A DNA stretch of 64,000 nt. Origin: an uncultured Gaiellales bacterium. Its GTDB lineage: Bacteria > Actinomycetota > Thermoleophilia > RBG-16-64-13. The notes beneath the pieces were generated by a model. The model saw nothing but the letters and a program-made list of their open reading frames with translations, was not told where the DNA came from and did not search any database. The DNA lies in the NCBI GenBank assembly GCA_964423425.1, contig CAYRES010000004.1, forward strand, positions 8,736-72,735. The letters run 5' to 3'. Positions 63,266-64,000 of the stretch are shown in pieces; the first letter of the stretch is position 1, and the number at the start of each line of letters is the position of its first letter. The translations under genes were made by a program, and so were the position numbers.

Positions 63266-64000
63266 ATGAAGTACGTTGTTGGAGTGGATACGGGGGGAAC
63301 GTTCACCGACCTCATCGCCGTTGACGAGAACGGCGACTACATCGTGATCAAGACCCCCTCGACCCCTGAAGACCCGTCATTGGCGGTGATCGAGGGGTTG
63401 CAGCAGGCGGGGGAGGAGGTCGGGAAAGACTTGGGTGGCTTCTTGGCCGACGTGACTCGTATCTGTCACGGGACCACGGTAAGCACCAATACCGTCTTGA
63501 CGTGGACCGGGGCGAAAGTCGGTCTCATCTGCACCCAAGGTTTCCGGGATACCTTGGGCATTCGTTTCGGCGTGAGAGAGAATCCCTATGACTACACGGT
63601 GCCCCAGCCCAAGGCACTGGCACCTCGTTACCTGCGGGTTCCAGTGAAGGAGAGGATCAAGTGGGACGGCACGGTCGTCACTCCTCTTGACGAAGAGCAG
63701 GTGCGAGAAGCCTGCCGCTACCTGCTTGGCCACGGCGTCGAAGCCGTGGTCGTGGGCTTCATCTGGTCGTTCCGGAATCCAGAGCACGAGAAGCGGGCCA
63801 TTGACATCTGTCGGGAGGAGATGCCGGGAGTATATGTGATCGGGTCGTGCGATATTCAGCCGGAGATCAGGGAGTACTGGCGCATCAGTACCGCCGTGCT
63901 CTCCGCCTATGTGGGCCCGGCCCTCTCTCACTATCTCACCCACATGGTACAGACGCTGGAAGAGTACGGTTTCGGCGGCCAGTTGCTCATCACTCAATCC
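63266..64000 (+). CDS. Hydantoinase/oxoprolinase A (HyuA) family protein, 3'-truncated by window edge
   Basis: MKYVVGVDTGGTFTDLIAVDENG....IKTPSTPEDPS..V is the HyuA N-terminus. RBS GGGAGGAAG upstream. No stop before nt 64000. Confidence 0.85.
   Translation, partial: MKYVVGVDTGGTFTDLIAVDENGDYIVIKTPSTPEDPSLAVIEGLQQAGEEVGKDLGGFLADVTRICHGTTVSTNTVLTWTGAKVGLICTQGFRDTLGIRFGVRENPYDYTVPQPKALAPRYLRVPVKERIKWDGTVVTPLDEEQVREACRYLLGHGVEAVVVGFIWSFRNPEHEKRAIDICREEMPGVYVIGSCDIQPEIREYWRISTAVLSAYVGPALSHYLTHMVQTLEEYGFGGQLLITQS

Noticed and set aside
1-64000. Searched by eye for CRISPR arrays, rRNA, IS/transposase or integrase genes, and toxin-antitoxin pairs
   Set aside because: No regularly spaced direct repeats and no rRNA signatures. 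No DDE/serine/tyrosine recombinase motifs in any frame. No small two-gene cassettes with toxin/antitoxin characteristics beyond the single small HTH protein at 42939..43118.

Overview
This is a 64-kb, very gene-dense stretch of bacterial chromosome with about 67–69% GC and many 1–4-nt gene overlaps. There is no rRNA, CRISPR array, transposase or integrase in the window. The only RNA gene I can support is tRNA-Gly(CCC) at 47921..47996.

The first ~37 kb reads as an aromatic / branched-chain amino-acid catabolic island:
- Minus-strand operon: Asp/Glu-racemase-like, indolepyruvate:ferredoxin oxidoreductase (iorA, iorB), glutamate dehydrogenase, aminotransferase.
- A threonine aldolase, a GntR regulator, a second aminotransferase and a fumarylacetoacetate hydrolase (FAH) family hydrolase.
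- Plus-strand ~9-kb operon: an F420-hydrogenase-beta-like (FrhB-family) flavo-FeS protein, a second iorA/iorB pair, a three-subunit molybdenum hydroxylase (FAD, 2Fe-2S and Mo subunits), and a NifS-like class-V PLP enzyme.
- A LivJ-like binding protein, a LivH permease and an unusual LivM-LivG-LivF triple-fusion polypeptide.
- A tryptophanase / tyrosine-phenol-lyase family lyase whose 3' end overlaps a signal-peptide-less reductive-dehalogenase-family (RdhA/QueG superfamily) protein, followed by an MFS transporter and a luciferase-like oxidoreductase.

The second half carries an accessory-looking stretch and then core genes.
- Accessory stretch: a DsbA/FrnE-like gene that can only be read through an in-frame TGA followed by a SECIS-like hairpin (predicted selenoprotein), a HIT-like protein, a metallo-beta-lactamase-fold hydrolase, a small Cys-rich protein, rmuC, ferritin and a DUF4388 protein.
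- Core genes: rlmH, argS, mutM, tRNA-Gly, a CsoR-family repressor overlapping trxB, hpt, lysA, hom and a metallophosphoesterase.
- An archaeal-type cyclic-2,3-diphosphoglycerate pair (cyclic 2,3-diphosphoglycerate synthetase plus 2-phosphoglycerate kinase) followed by glpX.
- Then rho, a DmpA (S58) peptidase, panC, a GAF-LuxR regulator and a 3'-truncated hydantoinase A.

Gene content and GC suggest a thermophilic high-GC Clostridia-like organism (Symbiobacterium/Thermaerobacter-like), but that is a guess.

The most novel candidates are:
- the FrhB-like–IOR–Mo-hydroxylase–NifS operon;
- the cytoplasmic RdhA homolog coupled to the aromatic-amino-acid lyase;
- the FrnE-like selenoprotein;
- the bacterial cyclic-2,3-diphosphoglycerate gene pair.

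All calls are from reading the translations and sequence by eye; no searches were run.
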